In this document: piece after piece, positions 29,983 through 44,355 of the stretch
Layout of the letters: each line of letters starts with the position of its first letter
Numbering within the stretch: position 1 is the first letter of the stretch
NCBI GenBank assembly: GCA_040222015.1
Contig: JAVJWO010000030.1
Span: 1 to 64,000, forward strand
DNA: 64,000 nt
Origin: Coleofasciculus chthonoplastes F2-STO-03
GTDB taxonomy: Bacteria > Cyanobacteriota > Cyanobacteriia > Cyanobacteriales > Coleofasciculaceae
Reading direction: 5' to 3'
Program-made: the position numbers and the translations under genes
The notes under the pieces: model-generated
The model's input: the letters and a program-made list of their open reading frames with translations, nothing else
Told to the model about the DNA's origin: nothing
The model's database searches: none

Positions 29983-30684
29983 CTAAAAATATTTCGAGAC
30001 ATCTTCGCCCCGTTCATCTGCCAGATAAGATAATGCCCGGAAGCGCAAGCCGACTAACTGATCATAGAGTGGATTGATCTTACACATTGCTGGAATGTGG
30101 GCGACTTTGCGACCGAATAGGTTGACATCCCGTTCAAACGGACATTGAGAAGGAATAATATTGCAGACGAATCGGGCAACTCGTGGGTCATGAATGTCCA
30201 TCCCGTCCAGCCATTTGCGTAAAGGATGCAGAATATCTGAATGGGGATGGGGAGAGGTTCCCGGTTGCTGGGCGTCTTGGTGGACACTATCTGGTGTATC
30301 CGTTTCCTCACCATCGTAAAGAGTGTGCCGCAGGGAGTTCAATGCCTCGATTTGCAGTCCTAGCGCCTCGCAGAACTCTTGCAGAACATTGTCTTCCGCC
30401 GCCGAGTAGATACCATCTGCCATCGCCACCATGACAGCCGTTCTGATAAAGTTCTCGGCGGTATGCTTGTTATGACCTAACGCCGCAGCCAGTTCTTCGG
30501 CAGAAATAGTTTGTTCAACCGACTGTGGATCTTTATCCACCTCCAGGAGTTCATGAGTCAGTTGAGAAACAATCTCTTTTTCTTCGGGATCAAAGTGACC
30601 ATCAGCCCAAGCCACGGTACACAAACCGCGCAGCCAAGCTGAAATTTGGTCTTCAGTGTAGGGAGATTGAGTGACAGTCGTCAT
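29983..30684 (-). CDS. TerB-like plus 'Mo-dependent nitrogenase C-terminal' domain protein
   Basis: VAWADGHF..EE, MADG.YS..E and C..IP.QCPFERD...CKINPLY.QLV.LRFRAL motifs. Confidence 0.85.
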   Translation of the reverse strand: MTTVTQSPYTEDQISAWLRGLCTVAWADGHFDPEEKEIVSQLTHELLEVDKDPQSVEQTISAEELAAALGHNKHTAENFIRTAVMVAMADGIYSAAEDNVLQEFCEALGLQIEALNSLRHTLYDGEETDTPDSVHQDAQQPGTSPHPHSDILHPLRKWLDGMDIHDPRVARFVCNIIPSQCPFERDVNLFGRKVAHIPAMCKINPLYDQLVGLRFRALSYLADERGEDVSKYF

Positions 30685-30739
30685 AATTATCTAAATGACC
30701 TCAACGAACACGATGTAAGAGCGAACCTTGGCAGAGTCC

Positions 30740-30829
30740 TAAGCTGCTATGCAGCTAAATCAATAATTTAGCTCCTGAAACCCTTTGATAGCTTAGATTG
30801 CCTTATCAAATTAAATGCGTTACAGCTTA
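30740..30829. mobile_element. MITE with TAAGCTG...CAGCTTA ends and a different core
   Basis: TAAGCTGCTATGCAGCTAAAT ... ATTAAATGCGTTACAGCTTA. Confidence 0.6.
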
Positions 30830-31032
30830 ACAGGCTGTAAACTAGGAGACTAAACGACTGGGGTTTAGTGACAACGGCATTACCCTACCAGGGTTGGAAC
30901 TGTTTCCACTCTTCATCTTAACTACTACGGAAGAGAAGTTCTGGTTACTATCGGCACAATCAGGCTGAGACGATTGGTAACACAGCTAAAATTGTGGGAT
31001 AGATTTTACGGTTAAATCGGCGGCATAAACCC

Positions 31033-31851
31033 ATGACTTCTATTATTCAGTTGAGTGGAATCTATATCTACCCGATTAAGTCAGCAGGTGGGATCGCACT
31101 CTCTACGGCTCAGGTAAGCGATCGCGGTTTACACTATGACCGACGCTGGATGCTAGTGGATGAAAAGGGTAAGTTTCTCACCCAGCGTCAGTTTCCTCCC
31201 ATGGCGTTGATTCAAGTACGGTTGGGGAAGAACGAGTTAGTCGTGGAAGCACCCAACCAGCCCAGCTTATCCATTCCCCTAGACTATGAAAGTGACCATC
31301 GCCTCCCGGTGCAAATCTGGAATGATATCTGCCAAGCTATGCCATTGGATCAAGAGTTCAGTCAGTGGTTTAGCAAATTTCTCGACATTCCCTGTCAGTT
31401 AGTCTATATGCCAGAGGACTCCATCCGCCCGATTAATCCGAATTATGCTGATCCCAGCGAACCCGTCAGTTTTGCCGATGGATTTCCCTTTTTGCTCATT
31501 TCTGAAGCCTCGTTGCAAGACTTAAATCAACGGTTAGAACAACCTATTCCCATGAATCGATTCCGCCCCAATTTAGTGGTTTCTGGCTGTAAAGCCTATG
31601 CCGAAGACAGTTGGCGTCAAATTCGCATCGGTGCAATTTCTTTTCGCGTGGTTAAACCTTGTTCTCGATGTACGATTACCACGGTGGATCAATCTCAGGG
31701 GATACGAGGTAAAGAACCCTTAGCAACACTGGCAAACTATCGGCTGCGGAATGGGCAAATCTTTTTTGGGCAAAACGTGATTCAAGAAGAATTGGGAACA
31801 CTGCAAGTAGGGGATAAGGTGGAAATTGAGAGTTTTGGTGAAAGGATTTGA
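31033..31851 (+). CDS. MOSC domain protein (YcbX/mARC-like)
   Basis: IYPIKS, DRRWML, FADGFP, RFRPN and KPCSRC motifs. Confidence 0.92.
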   Translation: MTSIIQLSGIYIYPIKSAGGIALSTAQVSDRGLHYDRRWMLVDEKGKFLTQRQFPPMALIQVRLGKNELVVEAPNQPSLSIPLDYESDHRLPVQIWNDICQAMPLDQEFSQWFSKFLDIPCQLVYMPEDSIRPINPNYADPSEPVSFADGFPFLLISEASLQDLNQRLEQPIPMNRFRPNLVVSGCKAYAEDSWRQIRIGAISFRVVKPCSRCTITTVDQSQGIRGKEPLATLANYRLRNGQIFFGQNVIQEELGTLQVGDKVEIESFGERI

Positions 31852-31903
31852 CGGCATTTGTACGTTAAGCTGGTGAGAGCCACAGAAGCTGCACGTTCTA
31901 GAT

Positions 31904-32554
31904 ATGGTCAATCCACCGCCCGTTATATCCACTGTTGCTACCGATACTTGGGTTGAAGCCAACTGGGAAGATTTTCTCACCTTTGCTGATGATCCCACCT
32001 TAGCCAGTGGCAGGTTTTATTATGATCAGGGTTACATGAGGATTGAAATGGCTCCACTCGGTTCGGCACACGGTCAGGACAACTCCATTCTCTCTACGGT
32101 GATTGTCTTGTATGCCACCATTAAAAATATTCCCATCAAAGAACTAACGAATACCAGCTTCAGGAAAGCCAGATTGCGAGAATGCCAGCCAGATATTGCC
32201 TTCTACATCGGTAAAACTATAACTTTTCCGCCTCATACTAATGCACCCGTTAACTTGAATGAACTTGATCCCCCAACGCTAGTGGTTGAAATTGCCGCTT
32301 CATCTTTGGAAGATGACACAGAGCGCAAACAAAAACTCTATCAACGTCTAGGAGTACGAGAATATTGGGTTGTCAATGTCAATGCTGGCAAGATAATCGC
32401 TTATTCTCTGTCCGCAACAAACGCTGAATTGATTCGAGAATCTCAAGTTTTGCCGGGACTAGTGATTGATTTAGTTGAAGAAGCTCTAAAACGTTCTAAA
32501 ACTGAAGATGACGGCGCAGTTAGTCGTTGGTGGTTAAGGACTATTAGTGTTTAA
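31904..32554 (+). CDS. Uma2 family endonuclease
   Basis: QPDIAFY, LVVEIA and K..LY..LGVREYWVV motifs. Confidence 0.9.
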   Translation: MVNPPPVISTVATDTWVEANWEDFLTFADDPTLASGRFYYDQGYMRIEMAPLGSAHGQDNSILSTVIVLYATIKNIPIKELTNTSFRKARLRECQPDIAFYIGKTITFPPHTNAPVNLNELDPPTLVVEIAASSLEDDTERKQKLYQRLGVREYWVVNVNAGKIIAYSLSATNAELIRESQVLPGLVIDLVEEALKRSKTEDDGAVSRWWLRTISV

Positions 32555-32616
32555 TGCGGTAAAAGTGGGAACTGTGATTTCGGTTGAAATTAAGGTTTAA
32601 ATGCCGAACAGCTTAC

Positions 32617-33048
32617 TTATACTCCAAAAGGGGTATTGATAAACAATTTAATAATTCCCACTAAAGCACCGATTAGCAGGACGAGAAGAGATAGAGAATT
32701 AATTCCAAAACCAATACCGCGTTTTTCCGCCGCTGTATAGTAACCCCAGGCATAAATAATTCGCCCAATCACCCAAACCGCACCAATTCCCGCTCCCCAA
32801 ATTGGACTAACAAACAGAGAGAATAACCATAAACTGGGTAAAAAGAGGAGCAATTGTTCTGACGTATTTTGTTGCACGCGAAACACACACTCAAAATTGA
32901 CATCTCCTGAAATTTGAGGTGCAGGTATATTATATTTTGCTCTGGCTCGACCCACATTGATCGTGAGAACAAAGTAAACCAAAAGAGTGGCAATGGTGGC
33001 TAAAGCGGGAAAAATCAGTGGTTTCAGTTCAATCATCGTTAACTCCAA
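32617..33048 (-). CDS. MAPEG family protein
   Basis: VGRARAKY.I.AP, RVQQNT.EQ and GRIIYAWGY motifs. Confidence 0.9.
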   Translation of the reverse strand: MELTMIELKPLIFPALATIATLLVYFVLTINVGRARAKYNIPAPQISGDVNFECVFRVQQNTSEQLLLFLPSLWLFSLFVSPIWGAGIGAVWVIGRIIYAWGYYTAAEKRGIGFGINSLSLLVLLIGALVGIIKLFINTPFGV

Positions 33049-33083
33049 TGGCTGATTTGGGAAAATATTTTTTTTGTTGCTGA

Positions 33084-33698
33084 TTACATTTTACTGATTT
33101 TCTCGATAAAATCAACCGCTCCTTTCGGAGATAAAAGTTTGCAGTAATGTTTATAGCTTAAAGCCTCAAACAATAAGTTTCCTGTCCTTAAATAAGGAGT
33201 CTCTAAACTATAGGATTTATCGTTGAGCTTTTGCCAAACAAGTTCGGCACTAGACCAGGTAAATCCGGTTAAATTTTGGCTTTCCCGATAATCTATAGTG
33301 ATATCGGCAGCTTGATAGGCATTTTTGATAGGATCATCAACATAATTGTATGCCCAGTTGAACGCCAGTTCGTTCATTTTTGAGTTAGATTGATATTCCC
33401 CTAGAGAGCGAAACCCTAAATTAGCAGCATCAATGCGATGAGCTGTATTGACTTTGCACCAAATCTGTTCGTAATCAGCGTTAACCTCATTCACTGAAGG
33501 AAAATACGTGCTGGTGTAGATTTTGCCATTTTCCACGGTTGGCTTACTTTCCAGAAACTTGTCCAAACGGGTATAGATAGTATTGACGACATTATTTGGA
33601 TTAATCGCATCGCGATGATAGTTTTCTATTATCCGTTGAGCGTAGATACACCAATTGGTTCTGGCTTCTTCAAGAGTGGATGCTTCAATTTTAGACAT
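33084..33698 (-). CDS. Hypothetical protein
   Basis: Open frame from MSKIEAS; the upstream extension in the ORF track is repeat DNA. Confidence 0.55.
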   Translation of the reverse strand: MSKIEASTLEEARTNWCIYAQRIIENYHRDAINPNNVVNTIYTRLDKFLESKPTVENGKIYTSTYFPSVNEVNADYEQIWCKVNTAHRIDAANLGFRSLGEYQSNSKMNELAFNWAYNYVDDPIKNAYQAADITIDYRESQNLTGFTWSSAELVWQKLNDKSYSLETPYLRTGNLLFEALSYKHYCKLLSPKGAVDFIEKISKM

Positions 33699-33851
33699 AG
33701 AATTAACGCCAATACTGCTTGGATAAGACTGATCTCCCCTAGACCCCTTTAAGATCCCCCTTCCGTCCCGCTTAAAAAGGGGGAGACCAAATGATAAATG
33801 ACAAATAACAAAATATCTCAATTATCCTCACCTTCTGCCTTGTATCCAAAA

Positions 33852-33881
33852 AAGCAGCCTGTCCAACTAGACAAGCTGCTT
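33852..33881 (-). terminator. Probable intrinsic terminator of groEL
   Basis: AAGCAGCCTGTC..GACAAGCTGCTT hairpin followed by a T run on the minus strand. Confidence 0.6.
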
Positions 33882-33911
33882 CGGTCATGAACTATAGCAG
33901 ATGGGTGAGGA

Positions 33912-35606
<1,695 letters not shown>

Positions 35607-35623
35607 TTACTCCATTAGCAAAC

Positions 35624-35650
35624 TTAGCACTCTTGTTACGTGAGTGCTAA
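35624..35650. promoter_or_regulatory. CIRCE element (HrcA operator)
   Basis: Perfect TTAGCACTC-N9-GAGTGCTAA upstream of groEL. Confidence 0.95.
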
Positions 35651-35848
35651 TTCTGGGGGGGTTCGGTTATTACGGCAGGAGGCAGAAGGCAGGAGGCAGG
35701 AGGCAGGAGGCAGGAGGCGGGTCTGAATCATAAAAGCTGATGAATAAGGGCGGGTTTTGTTGTTCATTTATCGGTTACTAGCTGAATTTAGTCCCTAAAA
35801 CCGCCCCTACGATTGTGGCTAAACCCGCCCCTACAATTGACTTATTAC

Positions 35849-37903
<2,055 letters not shown>

Positions 37904-37945
37904 TCATTCGTCCTTCGTCCTTCGTCCTTCATCATTTGTCCTTTG

Positions 37946-38059
37946 TATAGCGCTACGCGCCAGACTCTCTTGCAATAGTGAACAAAAAAGCTTACCTTAC
38001 AAGGGATTGAGTGATTTGAATTTTTCTTATATATCCTAACCTTAGTGCGTAGTGCTTTA
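37946..38059. mobile_element. MITE of the TATAGCA(C)TACGC family, degenerate
   Basis: TATAGCGCTACGC ... TATCCTAACCTTAGTGCGTAGTGCTTTA; the right end matches the TIR at 45359. Confidence 0.6.
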
Positions 38060-38284
38060 ATTCTATAAAATGTTCTCCCCCATAGAGCCAATCCCTCTGC
38101 GAACCTCTGCGCGAACCTCTGCGCCCCTCTGCGTTGAAAAACTCCATAAACCAGTAGGTTTTCCTGCACTAATCAGCATTCAAAACTCATCCATTTATTT
38201 AACTTAATTTCCAATAAAAATTAGCCGTTATACTTGGTAAATAAGCAACTTATCTAATCATCAAACAGAATACCGGAACTCTCA

Positions 38285-38875
38285 ATGTGGCAATCATCCA
38301 TCGAATCACTCAACAAGGGTCGGATTCAGAAGATTTCGCTTCTGTCTAATAATAACCCAATCCTTTACTCAGAAATCATCCAGCTATGGCAGGATAACCC
38401 TGATTTTCGGACATTCTTCATCTCCCTACTCGCCGATGCTCCATTTTCCGCCTTTTTCTGGGAAACTCCGCCTATCACCGACGCGACAGTAAACCAGGTA
38501 TTCGAGTTTGTTCTCGTCAATAGTCCATCCCTGGTAAATATACAAGCTGATCCCAGTGATTTTGCTCGCCATTTTTCCGCCGCCGGAGAAAACGAGTCCA
38601 TTATTACATTTCCCAATCTGGGAAAGGATGCGTTGCTGGTTGTGCCTTGTCCCCAAGCCTCTACGTCTCCATACTGCCATTTGGCGGCTTTTATGCGTGA
38701 AGCACCCGAACATCAGCAGCACGCCCTGTGGCAAAATGTGGGGTCAGCGTTAGAACAACGGCTGAATCCGCGTCCTACCTGGGTAAGCACTTCCGGGTTA
38801 GGGGTGTATTGGTTGCATATCCGGCTAGATTCACGCCCGAAATACTACACCTATCAGCCATACAAAGTTATTTAA
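38285..38875 (+). CDS. Conserved hypothetical protein (DUF6940-like)
   Basis: FFWETPP, FPNLGKDA.LVVP and STSGLGVYWLH.RLDS.PKYY motifs. Confidence 0.75.
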   Translation: MWQSSIESLNKGRIQKISLLSNNNPILYSEIIQLWQDNPDFRTFFISLLADAPFSAFFWETPPITDATVNQVFEFVLVNSPSLVNIQADPSDFARHFSAAGENESIITFPNLGKDALLVVPCPQASTSPYCHLAAFMREAPEHQQHALWQNVGSALEQRLNPRPTWVSTSGLGVYWLHIRLDSRPKYYTYQPYKVI

Positions 38876-38948
38876 ACTTTACCCTGACATAAGACATGAA
38901 GACCAAAAGTATCTGTCACCTAACAGATAAGAACCTAAGAGTGATTGT

Positions 38949-39124
38949 GTAGGGGCGATTCGCTTATATCAATTAACAACACCAATCCACTTAATAGACT
39001 CGGGTCGCCCTTTAATAGTCTTGCGTTTAGTCTAAACTGAAATAATTACCGATATCTGATGCAGGGCGACCCGATAAAATTAATCGGTGGGCGGTGTTAA
39101 TTTGGTGCGGCGGGTCGCCCCTAC
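38949..39124. repeat. Pair of GTAG-REP-like palindromes
   Basis: GTAGGGGCGA...TCGCCC and GGGCGACCCG...CGGGTCGCCCCTAC; similar units at about 1656, 29892, 35749, 41593, 41743, 42308 and 63195. Confidence 0.75.
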
Positions 39125-39264
39125 AAGGTGTCTTTTATGATGATTGATAACCCTTGCCCACCCGACTACTCTGATTAAGCCCAAACATTGTGTCACACTA
39201 TTCAAATATAAGTGCTAAACTAACCCTGAAATTGACTATATTCTCTATTACCTGTGATTAAGAC

Positions 39265-40140
39265 ATGACTCAAACTAAAATTGATTTACCCCCTGCCTTT
39301 CCTGACCATACTCAACTACCTGAATCTGATGGCACCTTTGTGAAAAATTTCCAAGAACATCCTCAAAGTATCATTTTGACCGATTCCATTGGTTCAGTTT
39401 TGCAGCAACTTCATCCTAATGGTGATTACGCTATTGGGCAAGACTGCGGTATCTACTGGCGCGAAACCGAACCCCCAGAAAAAGGTGCAGAAGCTCCCGA
39501 TTGGTTCTATGTTCCCAATGTTCCCCCATTACTGAATGGTGAAATCCGCCGTTCTTATGTTCTCTGGCGGGAATTGATGGCACCAATGATTGCCTTAGAA
39601 TTTGCCAGTGGCAATGGAGACGAGGAACGAGATGCTACACCCTTATCGGTTTCCGCTGAAGGAGAAACCACTAAACCCGGTAAATTCTGGGTGTATGAAC
39701 GGATTATTCGCATTCCCTACTATGGCATTTTTGAAGTCAAAACTAGCAAACTTGAGGTTTATAATTGGCTAAATTTTTCTTATCAAAAACTCCAACCGAA
39801 TGAACGGGGTCACTATCCGATTACGCCCTTAGGAGTAGAACTAGGACTTTGGCACGGGACTTATCAAAATCAAACTCAACATTGGCTGCGTTGGTGGGAT
39901 AGTGAAGGCAATCTTTTGTTAATTGGTGAAGAACGCGCCCAATTAGAACGTCAACGTGCTGAACAAGAACGTCAACGCGCCGAACAAGAACGGCAACGTG
40001 CTGAACAAGAACGCCAACGCGCCGAACAAGAACGTCAACGCGCCGAACAAGAACACCAACGCGCCGAACAAGCCGAGCAAAAATCGGCAAGATTGGCGGA
40101 ACGATTAAGAGCCATGGGCATTGACCCGGATTCAGAATAG
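39265..40140 (+). CDS. Uma2 family endonuclease with repeated coiled-coil tail
   Basis: APDWFYV, LEFAS and KFWVYE motifs; six 21-bp repeats (ERQRAEQ) at 39946-40071. Confidence 0.9.
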   Translation: MTQTKIDLPPAFPDHTQLPESDGTFVKNFQEHPQSIILTDSIGSVLQQLHPNGDYAIGQDCGIYWRETEPPEKGAEAPDWFYVPNVPPLLNGEIRRSYVLWRELMAPMIALEFASGNGDEERDATPLSVSAEGETTKPGKFWVYERIIRIPYYGIFEVKTSKLEVYNWLNFSYQKLQPNERGHYPITPLGVELGLWHGTYQNQTQHWLRWWDSEGNLLLIGEERAQLERQRAEQERQRAEQERQRAEQERQRAEQERQRAEQEHQRAEQAEQKSARLAERLRAMGIDPDSE

Positions 40141-40374
40141 ATTAGTTAAGAGATGTCGTGGCGTGGCACACCTAAATTGATAGATTAAGGAACTGTAGGG
40201 GCACCATCCTTGCGCCCTTCCCGATACCGCATCAGACGGGAAATTACGATAAAACTTTTTTGCTGTCGTGACGTACAGCGTTTTGGTGGGGGCGCTTCCG
40301 GTTGTAGAATAATAGGGGAAATTTCCCGCCCAACAGGTTGAGTCTTCAGAAAATACAGGAGGAATGAACCGCAG

Positions 40375-41607
40375 ATGCAGGAACACCAGGGTCATCCGAG
40401 CATCCACTCTCAAGACTGGTCATGGTCGCTTTGGTTTCCTGTACCCTTGTATCCTTATGGTAAACGACGCACTATCCGTGTGGAAGTGGTTAAGGATAGG
40501 ATTTGGACGTTTGACCAGATTCAGGGGATTCTCTATGTGGTTGTCCCGATTCGGATGACGGTGATTAAGCTGGATGCTGGGGGGCTGTTGATTTATGCGC
40601 CTGTTGCACCTACCCCGGAATGTATCCGGCTGGTTCAGGAATTGGTGGGAGAGCATGGTGAGGTTAAATATATCATTCTGCCCACGGTTTCGGGGATTGA
40701 GCATAAAGTGTTTGTGGGTCCCTTTGCCCGCAAGTTTCCGAACGCCCAGGTGTTTGTTGCGCCGCACCAGTGGAGTTTTCCGGTGAATTTGCCCCTGAGT
40801 TGGTTGGGGTTTCCCAGGAAACGGACTCATCTGTTACCTGCGGATAGCCGTCAAACGCCTTTTGCTGATGAATTTGATTATGCTGTATTGGGTCCGGTTA
40901 ATTTGGGGTTGGGACTCTTTGCTGAAGTGGGATTTTGGCACAAGCGATCGCGCACGCTTCTGGTGACGGATACTGTGGTTAGTGTACCCGAAGATCCGCC
41001 TGCGATCGCGCAACTTGATCCCTATCCGTTATTATTCCATGCCAGAGATCATGCCTTGGATATCGTTATCGATAATAAGATGACTCGCCGCAAGGGATGG
41101 CAACGCATCTCACTGTTTGCATTTTACTTCCGCCCCAGCGCCTTGGACACAATACCCTTCACTCAGACGTTACGGGAAGCGAGAAAGGCACCGGATTGGT
41201 CAAAGCAAGCCTATTTCGGTTTATTTCCCTTCAAATGGAAACCCGGTTGGCAGAAATCCTTTGACGCTTTGCGGGGAAATGGACGTCCCTTTGTTGCGCC
41301 AATTCTGCAAACCTTGATTTTGAATCGCGCACCGAAACAAACGTTGAACTGGGTGGAGAAGGTAGCGAGTTGGGAGTTTGAACGGATTATTCCCTGTCAT
41401 TTAGAGGGATCAATTGCGGCAAATCCGGATCAGTTTCGCCAAGCGTTTGGGTTCTTGGAACCGGATTTAAAGGGGAGTGAAAATAGCGGGACTCCAGACA
41501 ATTATCCGTTGCCCGATAATGATTTTGAACTCTTACGGCAAATCGAAGCAACGTTAAAGCGGCGGGGGATTTTACCACCCGTTTCTGGAAGCAGGGCGAC
41601 CCGATAG
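40375..41607 (+). CDS. DUF4336 domain protein
   Basis: PIRMTVIKL..GGL.IYAPVAPT, EHKVF, TLLVTD and IIPCH motifs. Confidence 0.85.
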   Translation: MQEHQGHPSIHSQDWSWSLWFPVPLYPYGKRRTIRVEVVKDRIWTFDQIQGILYVVVPIRMTVIKLDAGGLLIYAPVAPTPECIRLVQELVGEHGEVKYIILPTVSGIEHKVFVGPFARKFPNAQVFVAPHQWSFPVNLPLSWLGFPRKRTHLLPADSRQTPFADEFDYAVLGPVNLGLGLFAEVGFWHKRSRTLLVTDTVVSVPEDPPAIAQLDPYPLLFHARDHALDIVIDNKMTRRKGWQRISLFAFYFRPSALDTIPFTQTLREARKAPDWSKQAYFGLFPFKWKPGWQKSFDALRGNGRPFVAPILQTLILNRAPKQTLNWVEKVASWEFERIIPCHLEGSIAANPDQFRQAFGFLEPDLKGSENSGTPDNYPLPDNDFELLRQIEATLKRRGILPPVSGSRATR

Positions 41608-41850
41608 TATTGATAAGTCGGTTCTGTTATTTAATGCAGCGGGTCGCCCCTACAGATGCTGATTTTTCGATAATAATTTATCGTAATTATCACAATTATC
41701 GGAATTACCAGAATTGTCAGAATTGTCGTAATTATCGAAATTGTAGGGGCGAGTCGCTGGGCAAATGTAGCGGTATTCAGAATTAACCTATCTCGACTCG
41801 CCCCCGTCTAAATGGACTAAAAACATTCGTTATCATTTATTCCTGATAAT

Positions 41851-42237
41851 TTATTCCTCATATTCTACCCAGCTATTCGGCGTTTCTGAAACAGCAACTT
41901 TGAGTTGTACGCCTTCAGGAATACGCTTTTTTGTTTCGTCATAAATGTATTGAGCAATCATTTCGGCGGTGGTTTCGTAATTATCCGGTAATATGTCATT
42001 CAAAATTCCGTGATCTAACCCGCCTTTGGTAACATCTTTTTTTGCCCAGCGCAAGGTTTTAAAATCAGCCACCATAACTGGGTGGGGACAGTGTTCGGAG
42101 GCGTGCAGGGTTGAGGATGTTGCTTCTAATCGCACTTTATAGGTATGTCCATGCATTCGACCACATGGTCCATCGTAGTCTTTGATGTAATGGGCGCTAT
42201 CAAATGTAAATTCGGTTACCAGTTTCCATTTAGACAT
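41851..42237 (-). CDS. queD: 6-carboxytetrahydropterin synthase
   Basis: FDSAH, C.RMHGHTY, LDH, TAE and SET motifs. Confidence 0.88.
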   Translation of the reverse strand: MSKWKLVTEFTFDSAHYIKDYDGPCGRMHGHTYKVRLEATSSTLHASEHCPHPVMVADFKTLRWAKKDVTKGGLDHGILNDILPDNYETTAEMIAQYIYDETKKRIPEGVQLKVAVSETPNSWVEYEE

Positions 42238-42429
42238 ATTTTTTACCGTTGGTCATTCGTCTTATGTTATTTGTCTTATGTTTGGCAATTATTTTAGTCA
42301 CAATTGAGTCGGTGCGGGTTTAGTTACATCGGGGTAGGGTCAGAAAGGATGGTTGTGAAACCCGCCCCTACACACCAATAAAAAACAGGTTTATTGGCAG
42401 GTCGTGAAGGGTCAATACTCAAAACTATT

Positions 42430-44355
42430 CTATCTCCCAACGCTTATTTGATATAATAACATAGGTTCGTCAATTCCTCTTAAGAGTCGATGTTCACTAT
42501 CGGTGATGTGTAATTGTAAGTGATTTTTAACCGCTTCATACACAATCCAGGAAATACAAATTCCACCGGGTTTCGCTTGAGATTGTAACCGGGCGGCAAT
42601 ATTGACCCCATCGCCTTGGACATCGGTGCCGTTGAAAAAGACATCGGCTAAGTGAATGCCAATACGATGTTGTAAGACGTCCTCATTAGGTAGTCCTCTG
42701 GCGGCGAGGGAGAGGGTTTTTTGAATAGTTTGGGAACAATCAACGGCTTTGACGGCGGAGACAAAGTACATGAGTAACCCATCACCCATAGATTTGAGAA
42801 CTTCTCCTTCAAATTGATGGCATAATTTGGTCATAAGTTTGAGATCACGATGGATGGCGGCTAGGGTGGGTTGTTGGTTTTCATGCTGTTTTTGGGTGGA
42901 GTCTTTGATATCGGTAAAGACAATAGCGGCTAGGACATTATCTCCTAGAGAATGGGGAATAATTCTGCCTCGGTACTCTTTGGTGTCTTGGCTTTTGGGT
43001 TTTTCTGGATGTAGGCGTTCGCGAAAATACTGGCGATATAAATCATTGCGAATACTCACCTGATTTCCCACCAGATAGACCAATCCCATACTATTCAGTT
43101 TAAACGCGATCGCACCTTTTAGTTGCACCAGGCGATCGGCTTCCAGGATTTGGGTGAGGGCGTCGGCTAAGTCGGGATGTTTCTCTAAATTCCAGCGATG
43201 TAAGCGCAAATGATCTGCATAGATTCCGGTTTCAGTCGGGGCGTCTTCTAGGAGTTGGTTTAAGGTAATATCCTGACGGGCAATTTTATACAAGGCTAAT
43301 CGGATGAGATGGGGATGTCCTCCCACCATTGCCATCAGTTGTTTGATATCATTCCAGGTGAAGTCTAAACCATAGCGCAGGGCTAAGTCTTGTACCTGAT
43401 GGGCGTCAAATTCGGATAATTCAATCGGTAATCCGACATTAAAGGGGGATTGGTCGTTACTTAGGGGAATATAAACTTCTGTCCCATGGACAATAATCAG
43501 GCGAAAATTCTTCCAAATTTCATGTTGTTTTGCCTTTTCATGCCAAGCCCGGAGTAAGCCGAAAAAGTCATCGGCGACATGTTCGTGAGGGAAAATTCGG
43601 TCAACGGCATCGAGTCCTAAGGCTAGGGGACTTCTCAGGGTGGGTAAGAGATATTTTTCAAAGTAATTGGTACAGTTTTTTTTACTGCCCAGAAATTTAC
43701 TCCAACGGTTTTCTAACTGGATGGGTAGGTGTAAGTCATCGGTAACGGTAGCACAAAACCATTGTAGAAATTGATTTAAATCCGCAAAAACTTCCCGTTC
43801 TGCTAACTCAAAGTTTAATGCCACTGACTGACAGCCTTGTCGTTCAGCGTGATACAGTAATCGCACCATGAGGGAGGTTTTACCCATTTGTCGCGGCGCT
43901 TTAATCCGAATCAAACTCCCTGGTTTACTAACTTCTTCATAGGCGCGAGATTCATCAGCAGGGCGTTGAACATAGCAGGGGGAGGCTAAATCCAGTTGAC
44001 CGCCGGGTAGTTCCCAGATGGGGGAAGGAAATGTCGTTGTACTTGGAGGGGGTGAGGGGGTGAGAGTATCGGCGTTGTTGATAGTGGCGTTGGGTAATCC
44101 TTCCAGGATGAGTCGTAAACGTTTGATGGTGACTCGTTTTCCGGTAACTTCAGACAACAGCTTCCATAACTTCGGCGCTAAATCTCGCTGGACGGTATTC
44201 TGGCTATAGCCCATGACTTGAATGGTTTTGAGTTTTTTGCCTGCTAAGGCTTGACTCAGGATAGTCTTTTGGGCATCGTTCATTACGTTTCCTGTTTTCT
44301 GGGCAATCCAATACTCGGCTAATTCAACCAGCTTTATGACCTCTGCATCTGCCAT
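42430..44355 (-). CDS. N-terminal HTH, AAA_35-like ATPase and class III nucleotide cyclase
   Basis: APRQMGKTS P-loop, SPFNVG, GGHP; cyclase motifs FTDIKDST, KSMGDG, GDGVNIAARLQ. Confidence 0.88.
   Translation of the reverse strand: MADAEVIKLVELAEYWIAQKTGNVMNDAQKTILSQALAGKKLKTIQVMGYSQNTVQRDLAPKLWKLLSEVTGKRVTIKRLRLILEGLPNATINNADTLTPSPPPSTTTFPSPIWELPGGQLDLASPCYVQRPADESRAYEEVSKPGSLIRIKAPRQMGKTSLMVRLLYHAERQGCQSVALNFELAEREVFADLNQFLQWFCATVTDDLHLPIQLENRWSKFLGSKKNCTNYFEKYLLPTLRSPLALGLDAVDRIFPHEHVADDFFGLLRAWHEKAKQHEIWKNFRLIIVHGTEVYIPLSNDQSPFNVGLPIELSEFDAHQVQDLALRYGLDFTWNDIKQLMAMVGGHPHLIRLALYKIARQDITLNQLLEDAPTETGIYADHLRLHRWNLEKHPDLADALTQILEADRLVQLKGAIAFKLNSMGLVYLVGNQVSIRNDLYRQYFRERLHPEKPKSQDTKEYRGRIIPHSLGDNVLAAIVFTDIKDSTQKQHENQQPTLAAIHRDLKLMTKLCHQFEGEVLKSMGDGLLMYFVSAVKAVDCSQTIQKTLSLAARGLPNEDVLQHRIGIHLADVFFNGTDVQGDGVNIAARLQSQAKPGGICISWIVYEAVKNHLQLHITDSEHRLLRGIDEPMLLYQISVGR

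Noticed and set aside
29983..31851. Nitrogen-fixation or Mo cluster suggested by domain names
   Set aside because: The 'nitrogenase C-terminal' domain label does not imply nitrogenase, and no nif genes are present
35655..35676. K-box upstream of groEL
   Set aside because: Only the GTTCGG half matches
39821..40090. Repetitive VLVRRV ORF
   Set aside because: Antisense shadow of the Uma2 ERQRAEQ repeats
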